DNA of 64,000 nucleotides, taken from contig CM119269.1 of NCBI GenBank assembly GCA_051294375.1, positions 15,015,918-15,079,917 on the forward strand, written 5' to 3'. The position numbers were made by a program, and so were the translations under genes. This DNA is from Paraspadella gotoi. Taxonomy: Eukaryota > Animalia > Chaetognatha. The notes beneath the pieces are model-generated. The model was not told the DNA's origin, did no database searches, and saw only the letters and a program-made list of their open reading frames with translations. Positions 13,666 through 27,075 of this stretch are shown piece by piece. Position 1 is the first letter of the stretch, and each line of letters starts with the position of its first letter.

Positions 13666-16600
13666 ATGGAATCGCCTGCTCCCCCTCTTGGCGTCGATGC
13701 CGGCAATCGAGGATCCAGCGTCGACAGTCCAGGTGCGGCCGACGCCGGGGTCGGCAGCGGTGCAGGCGGCGAGCCCGGCGCAGGTGCCGTTTCCGGTGCC
13801 GGAGTCGAGGATCGGCTCCGCACAACGGCGTCCGCGAAATTCGTTCTCCTTCCCTCTGGACAAGTATTATGCCATCTCATTTAGCCTCGAATTGAACTTT
13901 ATTATGCCATCTCATTTAGCCTAGAATTGAACTTTATTATGCCATCTCATTTAGCCTCGAATTGAACTTCGTAAATTGAAAAAGTTGTTTTTTCACCAAA
14001 CAGCTTGACGAATATACTCTTAATTGACTTTCCAGGTGGCGACCCTATCGTGCCTCATTGGAATGACGATCTCGCAAATAAAAGAACAATTCGCGAAAGA
14101 GCTGCGTTTTCATTCTTCCTTGCTCCACGTCTTTCAAGACGGGCGTCCACTGCACAACGACGACACGCTCGGTATCCCCTCGATTCATGAATACTAGACT
14201 AAAAAGCTTGAGTCAATGTTTTAGCCTCCGAGTTCGTACGTGCAAATTAGATTAATACGTTAATAAACTCAATGTGACATGCTTAAGAAAGTCTTTCGGT
14301 GCCCTTTAAATATTTTGTTTCCCCCTTAAAATGTATATGGGTTACATTGGTAAAAGTTAGCCCTCCCTTTTCAGCTTCGCTCGGCGTTGGTCCGAACGGC
14401 ACGATCCAATTGGAACTCCAATCCACGGATCCGACGGCGCATCCGCTGCCCGCCTACAAACCGAGAGACGCCAATTACGTCATGCCCGACGTCATCACAG
14501 TCAAGGTTTTACGAGTGCTCGATTGCTCACCAATTCGGCGATAGATCTACTAGGCAATATGCAAATTGATTTTTACGGCACATTATTTGTCTAAATCCCA
14601 GGTTGAAGCCTCTGACGGCGACATCAAAGACGTCGTTGTCGAAGTCGAACGTCAGTACAAGAGAAAGATTTTCGTCGGCGGGTGAATATTGATTTTATTT
14701 TATTTTATTTTTTTTTTATTACTAAATTTTTATATTTTTATGGAATTTTTTTATACTTTTATTTTTATATTATTTTTTTTCCGCTCTGAGCCAATTCTTT
14801 TTCGAAATGCGGTGATACTAAGAATTCAGGATCAGTAATTCAATCGTGCCCTATTTTTCAGATACCGCAACAAAAGAACGGGAATTGAGTATCACCACGC
14901 GGCGGCGCAGACTCTGCCGAAAAGACCGCCGGACAGCGGGATCGAAAAGTTTTGCCGGTTAAAAATTATTTAAATAAATAAATAGATAAATATATAAATA
15001 AGTAAATCGTTCTAAGGGTAATTTGTCGTACCGATGAATCATTGCCGATAATTAATGACAGAGATTCAATGACAGTGACACCCAGACGGTCGACCAACGA
15101 AATCAGCGTCAGCAGACGACGGAGGAAACGAGCGTCCAGATGACGAAGATCGGAGTTTACGTTTCCAACATGCAGGTGAAGGGAAAGAGAGTAATTACGT
15201 ACCTTTTAAAAGTAATAATTAATTCAATACTACAAAAAATATTTAGCGAGAAAAATGGCTTGAAGGAAGCTCTCATTTTTCAAATCGATTTTTAAGTATC
15301 GCCTTTTACATCCGGATTTTACGTAGAAAAATTAAATGAGCTCAAATGCAAATTTCAGGATCGCCTCTTACATCCGGGTCCCTACATGACGGCCGACGAC
15401 TACCACGCCCTCCTCCTCTCCAAAATCATCATCCTCCAAAAATATTGGCGGCGCTGGTTGTCGCAAAGACGCGTGGCGCGCCTGCGCGGGGAAAAGGGAA
15501 AGAGGTCGGTTTGGGTCAGTTTGGGTTAAGGAAATGATTGAAAAAAAAAAAATAATAATAATAAAAGGAATTTAAAAAATGAATATATATACGAATGTGT
15601 TAAATCCAGACTGGAGTGGGAACGGAACGAGGAATTGAGAAAGAAGAGAGAGAAAGAAGACAGGATTCGTCGCGGATTCGAGCGACGAATGAATCCAAAG
15701 AACAAAGACGATTTCGATCTTCTCTTCCACGCGCTCGAATCGTGGCGTCTCGAGGAACTCGCGGTCATTAACTCCACCATGACTGGTTGGTGGTGTTGTA
15801 TTGATAATACAAATAGTACTAATGAGCAATGATCAAAATAATAATAATAATGATAATCAGTATAAAAGGAGATAGACCGACGCGGGTCTATCACCCCTCT
15901 CCTTCACCTCCTCTTCATCCTCCTCCCAGGGATTCGGGGCCGCGTTCACGAGATTCAGTTCAACTTCTCTCTCTTCTCCTACTAGTTTTCTCACCTTTTT
16001 AATAATAATAATAATAATAATAGATGGTCTTTATCATAAAATTATCTTCATTATTCTGACTCGATGCTTCATTTAAGTAAGGCCATATTAGCTGAGGGCC
16101 ATTAGGCACCGAAATCGTGATCACGTGACTGCACCAGTATGAGACATATGCACTTTAAGCATCTCATACCCGACCTTTCTACAAAGCATTCTCCAAAATG
16201 TTTCAATAAAAAAGAATACTTTCCCCTTTGTTTAGGCGCTGAACGCAAGGCGGAACTGTGCCGCCTGTTGGAACAAGAGACGGAACTCATCGCTTCTATC
16301 GGGAGACACAAAAACGATTCGGACAAAGAGAACAAACTCTTGACCGTCAAGCGATTCCTCGACAGGGGGGCCGCGCCGAAACGGTGGCGAGGACCGGGTT
16401 AGTTTTAGAATCTGGGTGTGTCCGAAGGTTTACAAAACGGCACTGTTTTTCGAAGGTGGCTCGTTTCTGTTCCTAAGCTGTGAACTCAATTTTAACCTTA
16501 ATATTTTACCAAATACTTCATTCAGTCCTTAACCTTAATTCTTAACCCCTTAGTTAATCTTTAATCAATTTCTTTACCTTATTAGTTTAATTTTTAATGA

Positions 16601-17539
16601 AAACTTACCCAATCTCCCTCTGACTCCAAGACGGAAAGGTGACCCAAATGGACACGCCCTACACCATCCGCGCCCGAGAGCTCAAGGACATCTACAACTC
16701 CATCAACATGAAGTATTTGACTCAGGACGAGCGACTCGACGTCCTCCTCACCCTCAAGCACACCGTCAAGGAGCACGACTGTCGACTCACTCAGGACATC
16801 GTCGAACTCGTCGACAGAGAAGCTGATTTGCTTATGAGAGGTGAGCTCTCTCTCTTTCTCATTCTATCTCTCACTTTCTATCTTTTTACCTCTCTTTCTA
16901 TCTATTCTATTTGGCGAGCTCTCTCTTTCTCATTCTATCTCTCACTTTCTATCTTTTTACCTCTCTTTCTATCTATTCTATTTGGCGAGCTCTCTCTTTC
17001 TCTCTCTTTCTCATTCTATCTCTCACTTTCTATCTTTTTACCTCTCTTTCTATCTCTACAGCTTGGATGATACATAGTCTTTCATTTATTGATAGTAATT
17101 CGATCAATAATTCCGCAAACCAAGAATTTATTCAAAGAAATAATTCATTATCAATCTCCTCAAAACCCTCAGGCATGAAGGAGGTCAACTTAGACGGTCT
17201 GCGCAAGCGCATATCGACTCTTTTCCTTCAGTACATCAAGACGCCGACCTTCAACCCGGAAGCGGCCCGTCTGCTCAAGGTGCCGCAAGATCCTTCTACT
17301 CTGCGCAACAACATCTACTACTGTCCTTCGTGCAGCAGATATTTGCCTTCGACCGGTGAGTTTTGTCGCGAGACATTTTTATATGGGTTATTAGTACAAC
17401 ATTTGCTATTTTATGAATTTTAGGTTTTTTATCAATCAGCCTTTGGTTTTGTATCATTTCTCTATTTCTTTCATTTTTAAGTTTTTTACTTTTTTCCCCC
17501 TTGATTTCACTCTCTTCCATATCTTTCTCTCTCGGCAAA

Positions 17540-17619
<80 letters not shown>

Positions 17620-18568
17620 TCAGAATTCCCTCTGGCCTCCAACTCTCGCCTGACGGGTCGATGCCAGAATTGTCTCAAGACCGACAACGACGGACGAAAC
17701 CGTCAGGACTTCAGCCACTACAGATTCATGTTGCGGAATCTGAGGAAGTCGGAAGAGGCCTTCAACGACAACTCTAGGATTTGCTACTTGGTGAGCCGTG
17801 TTACACAGACAAATACACAGAGACATACCGACAGACTGATACACTGACATACAGAGGGATATAGTAAATAGATATAGAAACATGAAGAACATTAAAGACG
17901 AAAAATTGTACTCACTGTAGAACTGACAGAGAGTCTGACAGGAATGAATCTTATAAAACAACTATCATTACAAAAATCCTTCTTACTCGTTTGTTAAATT
18001 TCTAGCAATAGTTATTATAGTTATTTAAAGCAATAACAACGCCCATAAAATTTGCTCATTTATAATTTTCAGGTTCAAGAGAGCGACATCCGGTTCCTGG
18101 TTGACCGGATCTGGAAGGCGCAGAGCGCATTGAGCGCCTGGGACGACATGTACGACTTGGTGTTGATCAGATGGGACAGGTCCGAGGAATGGTCTCCTTG
18201 GAACACCGCTCTGCTGACCAAGGTGGGGATTATTCGATGACAAGTGACAAGTAGAGATAAGCCTATATAATATATATATTATATACATAGTATATATTCA
18301 AACCTCACTCCTCATCCCGCCCTCGATTCAGGACGAGGCGAGTTCCCACAATCGACTGATCAACATGGAGGAAGGCTACGAGTCCACCTTCCTCCAACGA
18401 GTCTACCACCAACACACCGTCGCCAAGAATTACTTCCTCCGCCTTCCCGCGATGTCCGATTACTTGAAGACAAAAACGGCCAATGAGAAGGTGGCCATGG
18501 CGGTCGAGGGCAGGCACGTCGCGACCCGAGAGGCCGGAGAGGAAGGGGATGAGCCAGTCGGGCTGTGA
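13666..18568 (+). CDS. IQUB: IQ motif and ubiquitin-like domain-containing protein (motile cilia radial spoke component)
   Basis: Multi-exon model. Ubl region [10 protein letters not shown]|[23 protein letters not shown]...[13 protein letters not shown]; GG|[17 protein letters not shown]; IQ motif [17 protein letters not shown]; [22 protein letters not shown]; [18 protein letters not shown]; [21 protein letters not shown]; [18 protein letters not shown]; stop at 18568. Confidence 0.93.
13866..13969. repeat. 35-bp tandem repeat x3 in IQUB intron 1
   Basis: ATTATGCCATCTCATTTAGCCTCGAATTGAACTTT occurs three times. Confidence 0.9.
16843..17055. repeat. ~70-bp pyrimidine-rich tandem repeat x3 in an IQUB intron
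   Basis: GAGCTCTCTCTTTCTCATTCTATCTCTCACTTTCTATCTTTTTACCTCTCTTTCTATC repeated. Confidence 0.85.
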
Positions 18569-18970
18569 AGGGGTACGAGGAAGAGAAAGAGGAGGAATTA
18601 AACTTCTAAATTTGTAAATAGTAGTCAATTTAATTTTTCGCGAAGTAGCGGTCACTACTACATTGATTTGTCAGGCCCGACCAGCTGTTTCCCCTCTCGC
18701 ATTATGTATTGATTAAATTTTCAGATAACTTTCACTCTAGCATGCAAGAAACCATGTTGTAAGGCATGCGGCGAACAAAAGAAAATCACACAATAAAAGT
18801 TGACTGATCTCTTCCCCTGAATCTCTCTTGAGACAAATTAACTAAAAGATCGCTCAATAAACTTTCTTCGATCAGTTCGACGTTCAAAAACAAAAGACCT
18901 TTAGGGTTTAGCGCCGATTAAAAACGCTTTGCCGAAAAATAAAAGAACAAAAACTTAACTTCAAAGCGTC

Positions 18971-19197
18971 ATGAATCGAAACGGCGAACTTCAGCAAAAA
19001 CTGAACGAGATTATCGATTCGGTATTTTTCTCGTTTTTAATTATAATTATATCTATGATTGGTTAAATTAAATTGTTTATGTCATTAAAAGGTGAGAAAT
19101 AAACTCCCGAGCATCGAAGATTATGACGCCGACGACGACGACGACGTTGAGGGCGACGAATTGAATATCGTTCAACATCCCGTCTCAATGAATGGGT

Positions 19198-19233
<36 letters not shown>

Positions 19234-19306
19234 AGACGACGACGACGACGTTGAGGCGACGAATTGAATATCGTTCAACATCCCGTCTCAATGAATGGGT
19301 GAGTGA

Positions 19307-19359
<53 letters not shown>

Positions 19360-19428
19360 GAGACGACGACGTTGGGGCGACGAATTGAATATCGTTCAAC
19401 ATCCCGTCTCAATGAATGGTGTGAGTGA

Positions 19429-19465
<37 letters not shown>

Positions 19466-19525
19466 GACGACGACGACGTTGAGGGCGAAGAATTGAATAT
19501 CGTTCAACATCCCGTCTCAATGAAT

Positions 19526-19568
<43 letters not shown>

Positions 19569-19650
19569 GACGACGACGACGACGAGTTGAGGGCGACAGA
19601 ATTGAATATCGTTCAACATCCCGTCTCAATGAATGGGTGAGTGAGAGAGT

Positions 19651-19689
<39 letters not shown>

Positions 19690-19759
19690 CGAGACGACGA
19701 CGTTGAGGGCGACGAATTGAATATCGTTCAACATCCCGTCTCAATGAATGGGTGAGTGA

Positions 19760-19800
<41 letters not shown>

Positions 19801-19859
19801 GACGACGACGATTGAGGGCGACAGAATTGAATATCGTTCAACATCCCGTCTCAATGAAT

Positions 19860-19899
<40 letters not shown>

Positions 19900-19962
19900 C
19901 GACGACGACGACGACGTTGAGGGCGAAAATTGAATATCGTTCAACATCCCGTCTCAATGAAT

Positions 19963-20009
<47 letters not shown>

Positions 20010-20079
20010 GACGACGACGACGACGACGTTGAGGGCGAAGAATTGAATATCGTTCAACATCCCGTCTCAATGAATGGGT

Positions 20080-20125
<46 letters not shown>

Positions 20126-20191
20126 GACGACGACGACGACGACGTTGAGGGCGAAGAATTGAATATCGTTCAACATCCCGTCTCAATGAAT

Positions 20192-20228
<37 letters not shown>

Positions 20229-20291
20229 GACGACGACGACGTTGAGGCGAAGAATTGAATATCGTTCAACATCCCGTCTCAATGAATGGGT

Positions 20292-20336
<45 letters not shown>

Positions 20337-20420
20337 CAGACGAGAGACGACGACGACGTTGAGGGCGACGAATTGAATATCGATTCAAACATCCCTCTCA
20401 ATGAATGGGTGAGTGAGAGT

Positions 20421-20457
<37 letters not shown>

Positions 20458-20530
20458 GACGACGACGCTTGAGGGCGACGAATTGAATATCGTTCAACAT
20501 CCCTCTCAATGAATGGGTGAGTGAGAGTGA

Positions 20531-20566
<36 letters not shown>

Positions 20567-23500
20567 GACGACGTTGAGGGCGAGAATTGAATATCGTTCA
20601 ACATCCCGTCTCAATGAATGGGTGAGTGAGAGGAGTCATATACTCAGGCTGCTCGCCGGACAGCAGGCCGTCCACCGGAGCAGCGGCGCGCGGCTGGCCG
20701 AGCAGACTCACTTCTCCTTCCTGGCGCTTCCTTCCGCCTCGGAATCGGGGAGATTTTCTCTCTCTCGATGGTGAGTCGGGCTTCTTCCGGTCGAAGTCCG
20801 AGCGGATCGGGGCCAGGATGCTCTATCTCTCTCTCTCTCCCTCTTGAGCTCTGCTTGGCCATGCACACTCTCTATTTCTAAATCTTTTTTTCTATTAAGT
20901 ATTATTTTTGTCATTCCCTCTCTGCTTTAAGGAGTATCTGTTACATTCCAGGTGCAATAGAAAGCGGCTATTCAAATCAAACAATTCTCTCTTTAATTTC
21001 TCAACCAATTTCGCTAGGCATTAAAAAATAAAAGTTATATACCATTCTTTGTAGAGCTTATAATTTTTGATATCTACTTGATTATTAAAATTACTAGCTA
21101 TTTACTCTTCATATGTCCGCGCGGTAACAAAATATTGAAATTATAATTTATAATCTTAATTTGTTGATCATTTTCTCATTTATCATATTTTTCAATTGTT
21201 TTCAGACATATTTAATCATTATTGTTAAGATTTATATAGCCATTTTATAATATTTTATTTTTAGCTCAAAATCTTAAAATTATTTATTATTTATTTATTA
21301 TTTATTTTGTTGTCGTCAATTTTTATATCATTTTTTTTCATTCTTTTTTCTTTCTTTGCTTTCTGCTCGTTTTTTCTTTCTTTCTTTGCTGCTTTTTTTC
21401 TTTCTTTATTTCTTTTTTTTTCTTTCTTTCTTTCTACATAGTGAAATAACCCTAGCAATAAATGTAATATTAATATTATAATTATTATTATTATTATTAA
21501 AATATAATATTATAAGTCAAAAAAAGACTGCCCTGAACGCCATAATCGAACCCCTCGGAGGCAGAGAGAAGAGACTCGGACGGTGACGAGGGTAAGAGAG
21601 AGAGACTAAAAGAGTAAGTTATCCACTGCGGCTACAGACCGGATCGACTTTGCAGTCCGGCGGATCGGCGGGAGATACAGGGAAGGAAGAGGAAAGAGGA
21701 GTAAGAAGAGGCGAGCGAAGTTAGTCGAAGGTAGGGAGAAGCCGCTCGTGGCCGCTGCGCATGCTGCTCCCGGACGCTGCGCTGATACGAGGTTTCTGAG
21801 TATAGCCATGGAGTCATATACTCAGCTGCTCCCGACGCAGCCGTCCACCGGAGCAGCGGCGCGCGGCTGCCGGAGCGACTCACTTCTCCTTCCGGGCTTC
21901 TCCGCTCGCGATCGGGGAGATTTTCTCTCTCCGATGGTGAGTCGGGCTTCTTCCGGTCGAAGTCCGAGGGATGGGCCGGATCTCTATCTCTCTCTCTCTC
22001 TCTCTACTCTCTTGCCATCACACTCTCTATTTCTATCTTTTTTTTTCTATTAATGTATTATTTTGTCATTCCCTGCTCTCTTTAAGGAGTGTCTGTACAT
22101 TCCAGGTGCAATAGAACCTATTCAAATCAAAAATCTCTCTTTAATTTCTCAACAAATTTCGCTAGGCATTAAAAAAATATAAAGTATATACCACTTTGTA
22201 GAGCTTATAATTTTGATTCTACTTGATTTTAAAAATTACTACTATTTACTCTTTCATATTGTCCTCGCGTAACAAAAATTGAAAATTATATTTATAATCT
22301 TTATTTGTGATCATTTTTCTCATTATCAATTTCAATTGTTTTCAGCATATTTAATCATTATTGTTAGTTTATATCATTTTTAGTAATTATTATTATTTTT
22401 AGCTCAAAAATCTTATAAATTATTATATTATTTATTTATTTATTTATTTTGTTGTCTCAATTTTATAATATTTTTTTCATTCTTTTCTTTCTTTCTTCTC
22501 CGTTTTTTCTTTCTTTTTTCGTTTTTTCTTTCTTGTTATTTTCTTTTTTTTCTTTCTTTCTTGCTACATAGTGAAATAACCCTATCAATGAATGTAATAA
22601 TTAATATTATATTATTATTATTATTATTCAATATATGAAATATTATTATCAAAAAAGACTCCCGAACCCATAATCGAACCCCTCGAGGCAGAGAGAAGAG
22701 ACTCGGCGGTGACGAGGGTAAGAGAGAGAGAAAAGAGTAAGTTATCCACTGCGGCTCAGACCGGATCGACTTTGCAGTCGCGCGGATCCGGGAGATAAGG
22801 AGAAGGAAGAGGAAGAGGAGTAAGAAGAGCCGAGCGAAGTTAGTCGAAGGTAGGGAGAAGCCGCTCGGCCGCTGCGCTGCTGCTCCGGACGCTGCGCTGA
22901 TACGAGGTTTCTGAGTATAGCCATGAGTGAGAGTGAGAGAGAGAGAGAGAGAGAGAGAAGAAGAAAAGAAGAAACAATGAAGCAATGACAATGAGCCCTT
23001 CCCTCCTCCCTCAGGACTTCGACAATGCCCGTTGTCGAGGACGGCTACGACGAAGAGGAAGAAGCAGCCTTCTTCCGAGATCTTGACGAGCGATTCGGGC
23101 CGCCGAAGGAGAAGAACATCGAGGGAAATGGTGAGACGGTTCAGTCTTTTCTTTCTTTGTTTTTTTTTTTAAACTTTTCCTAAAACATTTCCCTCTTCTG
23201 GAAAAAGTATTAAAAGTCATTTCAAACTTAAAGATATAAGTTTTTACCGTCAAGTTGCAAATGCTCTTGGGTTGTTGATAATGAGGATACAGATAACTTA
23301 TTTGAGTTAAGTTGTGGAAGGTAATATTTTTTTTATTTTGCGATCTTTATTTTAAAAAATAGCTTGTCACATCAGTTTGTTTGTTTGTTTGTTTCCTTTA
23401 AAACCCCTTGGCATTTTTCACCGGAGATAAATTGAGTCGATCCTTGTCGGTCAATGTTTAGCCAATTCGATTCGAAATACCCCCCCCTACAGTCCCGGAT

Positions 23501-25552
23501 TGGAATGCGTCGGATTGGGAGCCGCCGACGCCGCCGACGCTGGATCTCCGCGGGCGCTTCTCTCAAATCATGGCGCAGCAGAGCGGCGGGACCGGCAGCG
23601 CCAGCGGCAGACGGCTCCCCTGCGTGGCCGTGGCGGCAGCGGCTGAGTCCGACAGGAGAAGAAGAGAACTGAACGAAAGGTGGGCGTTGGCCGGGGACGA
23701 TGAAGACGACGACGTCGACGACGATGACGGAGCTTGGGAGAGAGAGAGAACGAGGAACGAGCGACGTCGATCACCGGCCGAAGAAGACAACAGCAACAAC
23801 GCCAACAACAACATCGAAAGCAACGAGAACGACGACAGAGACGCTCAAGCCGTCGACGACGACGACAATCGCAACGAAGACGACGACGACGAAGGCGACG
23901 ACAGCGACCGCTTTCCTCCCGGTCAAATCTTTCGCGGTCACAGTCCGCACACGCTGAGAATGGTGGAGATCATCCGCGCCTTTCACGAGACCTACGACCT
24001 CCAGTGCAACGACGAGACGACCAATCCCGGCGGCGTGCTCTCTCAGAACTTCGCCGCCAGGTGGGCGATTGGCTGCAGCGGCGGCGGGAGGGCTGCTGCT
24101 GTTTCCGCAGCTCTTGTCTTTTTAGTTGCGGCTTGGCGCCATTCAATAAGATCTGTTTGTCTGCGTAATAAATATAAATATAAATATGAAATAAACTGCT
24201 TTAATATTTTTATAATGAAATCAGAGAGAGTCGCTATTGATTGAGCGTCCGTATTGAGCTTCCCTCCCTTTTCTTTCCCTCCTGCGGCGCAGAGTCTGCA
24301 GCAACCTCTTCCAACCGACCCCCGCCAACTCGTCCGTCGACGTCGATGCGGACGCTTTTCGCGACGACCCCGTCGTCCAAGCAGCTCGTCGAGTCAGGGA
24401 CGCCGCCGTCGCCGAGAGGGAGGCAGGGGAGGAGAAAGGAGAGAGAGAGAGGAAGGAGGAGGAGGAGAGGAAAGAGAGGGAGGAGAGGAGGAAAAAGGAG
24501 GAAGAGGAAAGGAATGAATCGAGGAGAAAAGAGGAGGAGGAAAACAGGAAGAAGGACGAGGAGGTGAGATGATATATGATAGATTCCTTGCTCGATTGAT
24601 AAATCGTAAAACTTTATTTATTTATTTATCTATTTTTTTTTATTTATTCATTCGAAAAGTATAACAGATTCATTGATTGACTCATTAATTAATTGGTTGA
24701 TTGATCGATTAAACAGATGCGCGCGGCGGGAGAACGCGAGTGGGCCGAGACAAGGAGTCGCTATTTGGCGCTGGCGAAGCGAAACCCGGACAAATACGGA
24801 GACGGAAAACCGAAGCCGCTTCCGGGAAAGACTCTCGCCCAGTGCTTGGAAGAGAGGGTGGGTGATTGGAGGGACATGTGTGATGCCCGGGGTGTGAGGC
24901 ATCTCCCGACAGCTGGCGCTCAGGGCTTTGGACCTTTCTTTTTTTATTTTTTTCTATCATTCCGCTTTTTTTTTTTTTGTTCTTTATTTTCTTCTTCCTC
25001 TCTCTCCCTCCCTCCACCCTTCCCCCCTTCCCTCCCACAGATCGGCCCGGGCGTGCTTGAAGACGCGCTGGAATCTCTCCGCGCCCGAGGCGACACCTCC
25101 TGTCCTTGGATGGACGAGATCGACAGGAAAATCCTCTACGCGGAGGAAATGGATCCCAAGGATCTCGACGACGGGTCGGTCGAGGCCTCGAGGGGGTAAG
25201 GGGCGAGAAGGGGAGGGCGAGGTTTCACGATCGCGCAACTGGCCGTCCTGGGAAGAAAAAGGATGGAAAACGAGAATAGGAGAACGAGAAGGAAAGGAGA
25301 ACCAAGTGGATTCGATTTCGTAATTTGGTCATTAATACTTTTAACATAAAATTGTTATTTTCCTGACTACAGAGAGGAAGAACCGGAAGGTACGAGCGAG
25401 GCTGGAATTTCGTGGCGTCGATACAAGCAAATCAGGGAAGAGCAGGATCGAGACCAAGCTAGGGTAAGCAGAGGCGATTTGATTTAACTGGCTTTTCCGG
25501 CTCTACGATTTTAAGCGTAATATCCTCATTTCTCAATTCCGGATTTGTTTTA

Positions 25553-25603
<51 letters not shown>

Positions 25604-26724
25604 TCCTTCCCAGACGATCCTTCGCCGTCACGAAGAATTGACTGGCGAGCGACTCTCGATGTCTCAATTGGGATACGACGACGACAACGACGACGATAAC
25701 GACGACGACGGCAAGGAGAAGCCGGAGACGTCCGCTTATAATCCCTTCAAGCCGAAACCGCCGCCGATTCCTGCGGGAAACAAGGTTTACTTCTTGATTT
25801 GATCGATTGATTTGATCGATTGGTTGATTTATTTATTGAATAATAAAATGACGGTTTGATTTATCTTTTTTTTTTTTAACGATCAAGGCGTCGAGTCCCG
25901 ACAAAACGAAACAAACGCGAGGTAAACAAAGTCTGCAGCTGCAGCCACATAAGCAGCAGAAGCCACAGCAGCAGCAGCGAAGCTCAAAAACGCCCGCGTT
26001 CGTCAATCGGCGCCACAAATTACCGACGTCGCGCCGTTCCGACGCAGCCGTCGACGCCACGGCGCCGCCGCTTCACCGGAAGTCGGTGGGCGTGGGATCG
26101 GATTTGAGACGATACGCGCTGCTTCGCGAGACGCTGGAAGGACGATCGTCCGTCGGCGAAGATAGTCGTCGTCATTCCCGTCGTCGTCAAGAAATGGGTG
26201 AGGGTGTCCGAGTGGTTGTGGGTGTGGGGGGGGGTGGAGAAACGGCGGGAAGTTTCTCAAGTTAGTTGTACTTAAAATTCTCGTGGGCTAAATCATACAC
26301 GCGACATCTTTCCAACGAAATTTCCCGCCCGCTCTTTCTATCAGAGACTCCAGAATCTCTGTCAATCAACGATGCGGATTTGTCGCAAGACGCGCGCTCC
26401 ATGGAACTATCGGATCGCGTGGAGAATGGAGATTGCGTCGCTTCCTCCGTGGACGCTGCCGACGGCGCCGCCGCTCCCACCGTCGCTGCGGACGCCGGCA
26501 AATCGGCGGCGGATTCCTCGTCGCCATTTTGGAAACTGGAGGCGGAACGCCAACACTTCGAGGCGGTCAAGAGGATTCTGGGTCTTGGGCGTGGAGATGA
26601 GGAGGAGGAGGAGGAGGAAGATGAGGAGGACGAGGAGGAGGAAGATTGGGGTGCGTTAAGGCAGGAGATGAAAGTAGGCGTAGGGTGGGGTCGATTTAGA
26701 GCTGAAGGTGGGGAAGATGGGTGA
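18971..26724 (+). CDS. Acidic, low-complexity multi-exon protein, possibly DNAAF8/C16orf71-like (dynein assembly factor)
   Basis: Phase-consistent exons 18971-19021 (MNRNGELQQKLNEIIDS), 19092-~19195 (VRNKLPSIEDYDADDDDDVEGDELNIVQHPVSMNG), 23015-23130 and 23493-24060, then further GC-rich exons to ~26.7 kb. IIDSVRNKLPSIE...ELNIVQ resembles the recalled C16orf71 N-terminal motif (IL.AV..QLPSLD...EELFIFQ). The 3' end is uncertain. Confidence 0.5.
19125..20630 (+). repeat. Tandem array of ~14 units (~100-120 bp): (GAC)n + ~55-bp constant core + GT donor + (GA)n
   Basis: Core GTTGAGGGCGACGAATTGAATATCGTTCAACATCCCGTCTCAATGAATGGGTGAG is repeated about 14 times. Confidence 0.95.
20632..22925. mobile_element. 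Two head-to-tail copies (~1.15 kb each) of a MITE/foldback-like element with GC-rich imperfect inverted ends and an AT-rich core
   Basis: Copy 1 is ~20632-21809 and copy 2 ~21810-22925. Ends TATACTCAG...CTGAGTATA, with a further ~60-80 bp of imperfect inverted similarity. Confidence 0.6.
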
Positions 26725-27075
26725 GGTAATGAAAGGGAAGAGGAGGAGGAGGAGGAGGTAGAAAGTAGTTCTTTCTCATCGGAGCCTCTTTAAATATTTT
26801 TTGAATGTCGTGTTGAAATCGTTTTTAATATATCTGATGTGACCATAACGTTTTATTTTTTTACCGTATCTTTACGGTTTTGTGCAATCTTAACACAAAT
26901 GATTTCGATTAAAGAAATCAATTACCTACATTTATGTAAATTTTCTGTCACATTTTATAACTAATAGTCGAGGCTCAAAAGGTTCATAAAAGTTACATAG
27001 GGAAAAAAGGTTGTTTTTTTTTTTGCCCAGTGTTTCCGGAGTTTATATTTTAACAATCGTGTAAAGGAATATTAA

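Noticed and set aside
13864-13970. Apparent premature stop or frameshift in IQUB caused by the 35-bp repeat
   Set aside because: Splicing at CAA|GTATTA to ttccag|GTGGCG restores the ubiquitin-like domain, so the repeat is intronic.
14172-14373. Possible U12-type intron (GTATCC donor) in IQUB
   Set aside because: The donor is GTATCCCC rather than GTATCCTT, and there is no well-placed TCCTTAAC branch site.
19125-20630. CRISPR-like appearance (constant repeat with variable spacers)
   Set aside because: The spacers are only (GA)n/(GAC)n length variants, the repeat is an exon end, there are no cas genes and the context is eukaryotic.
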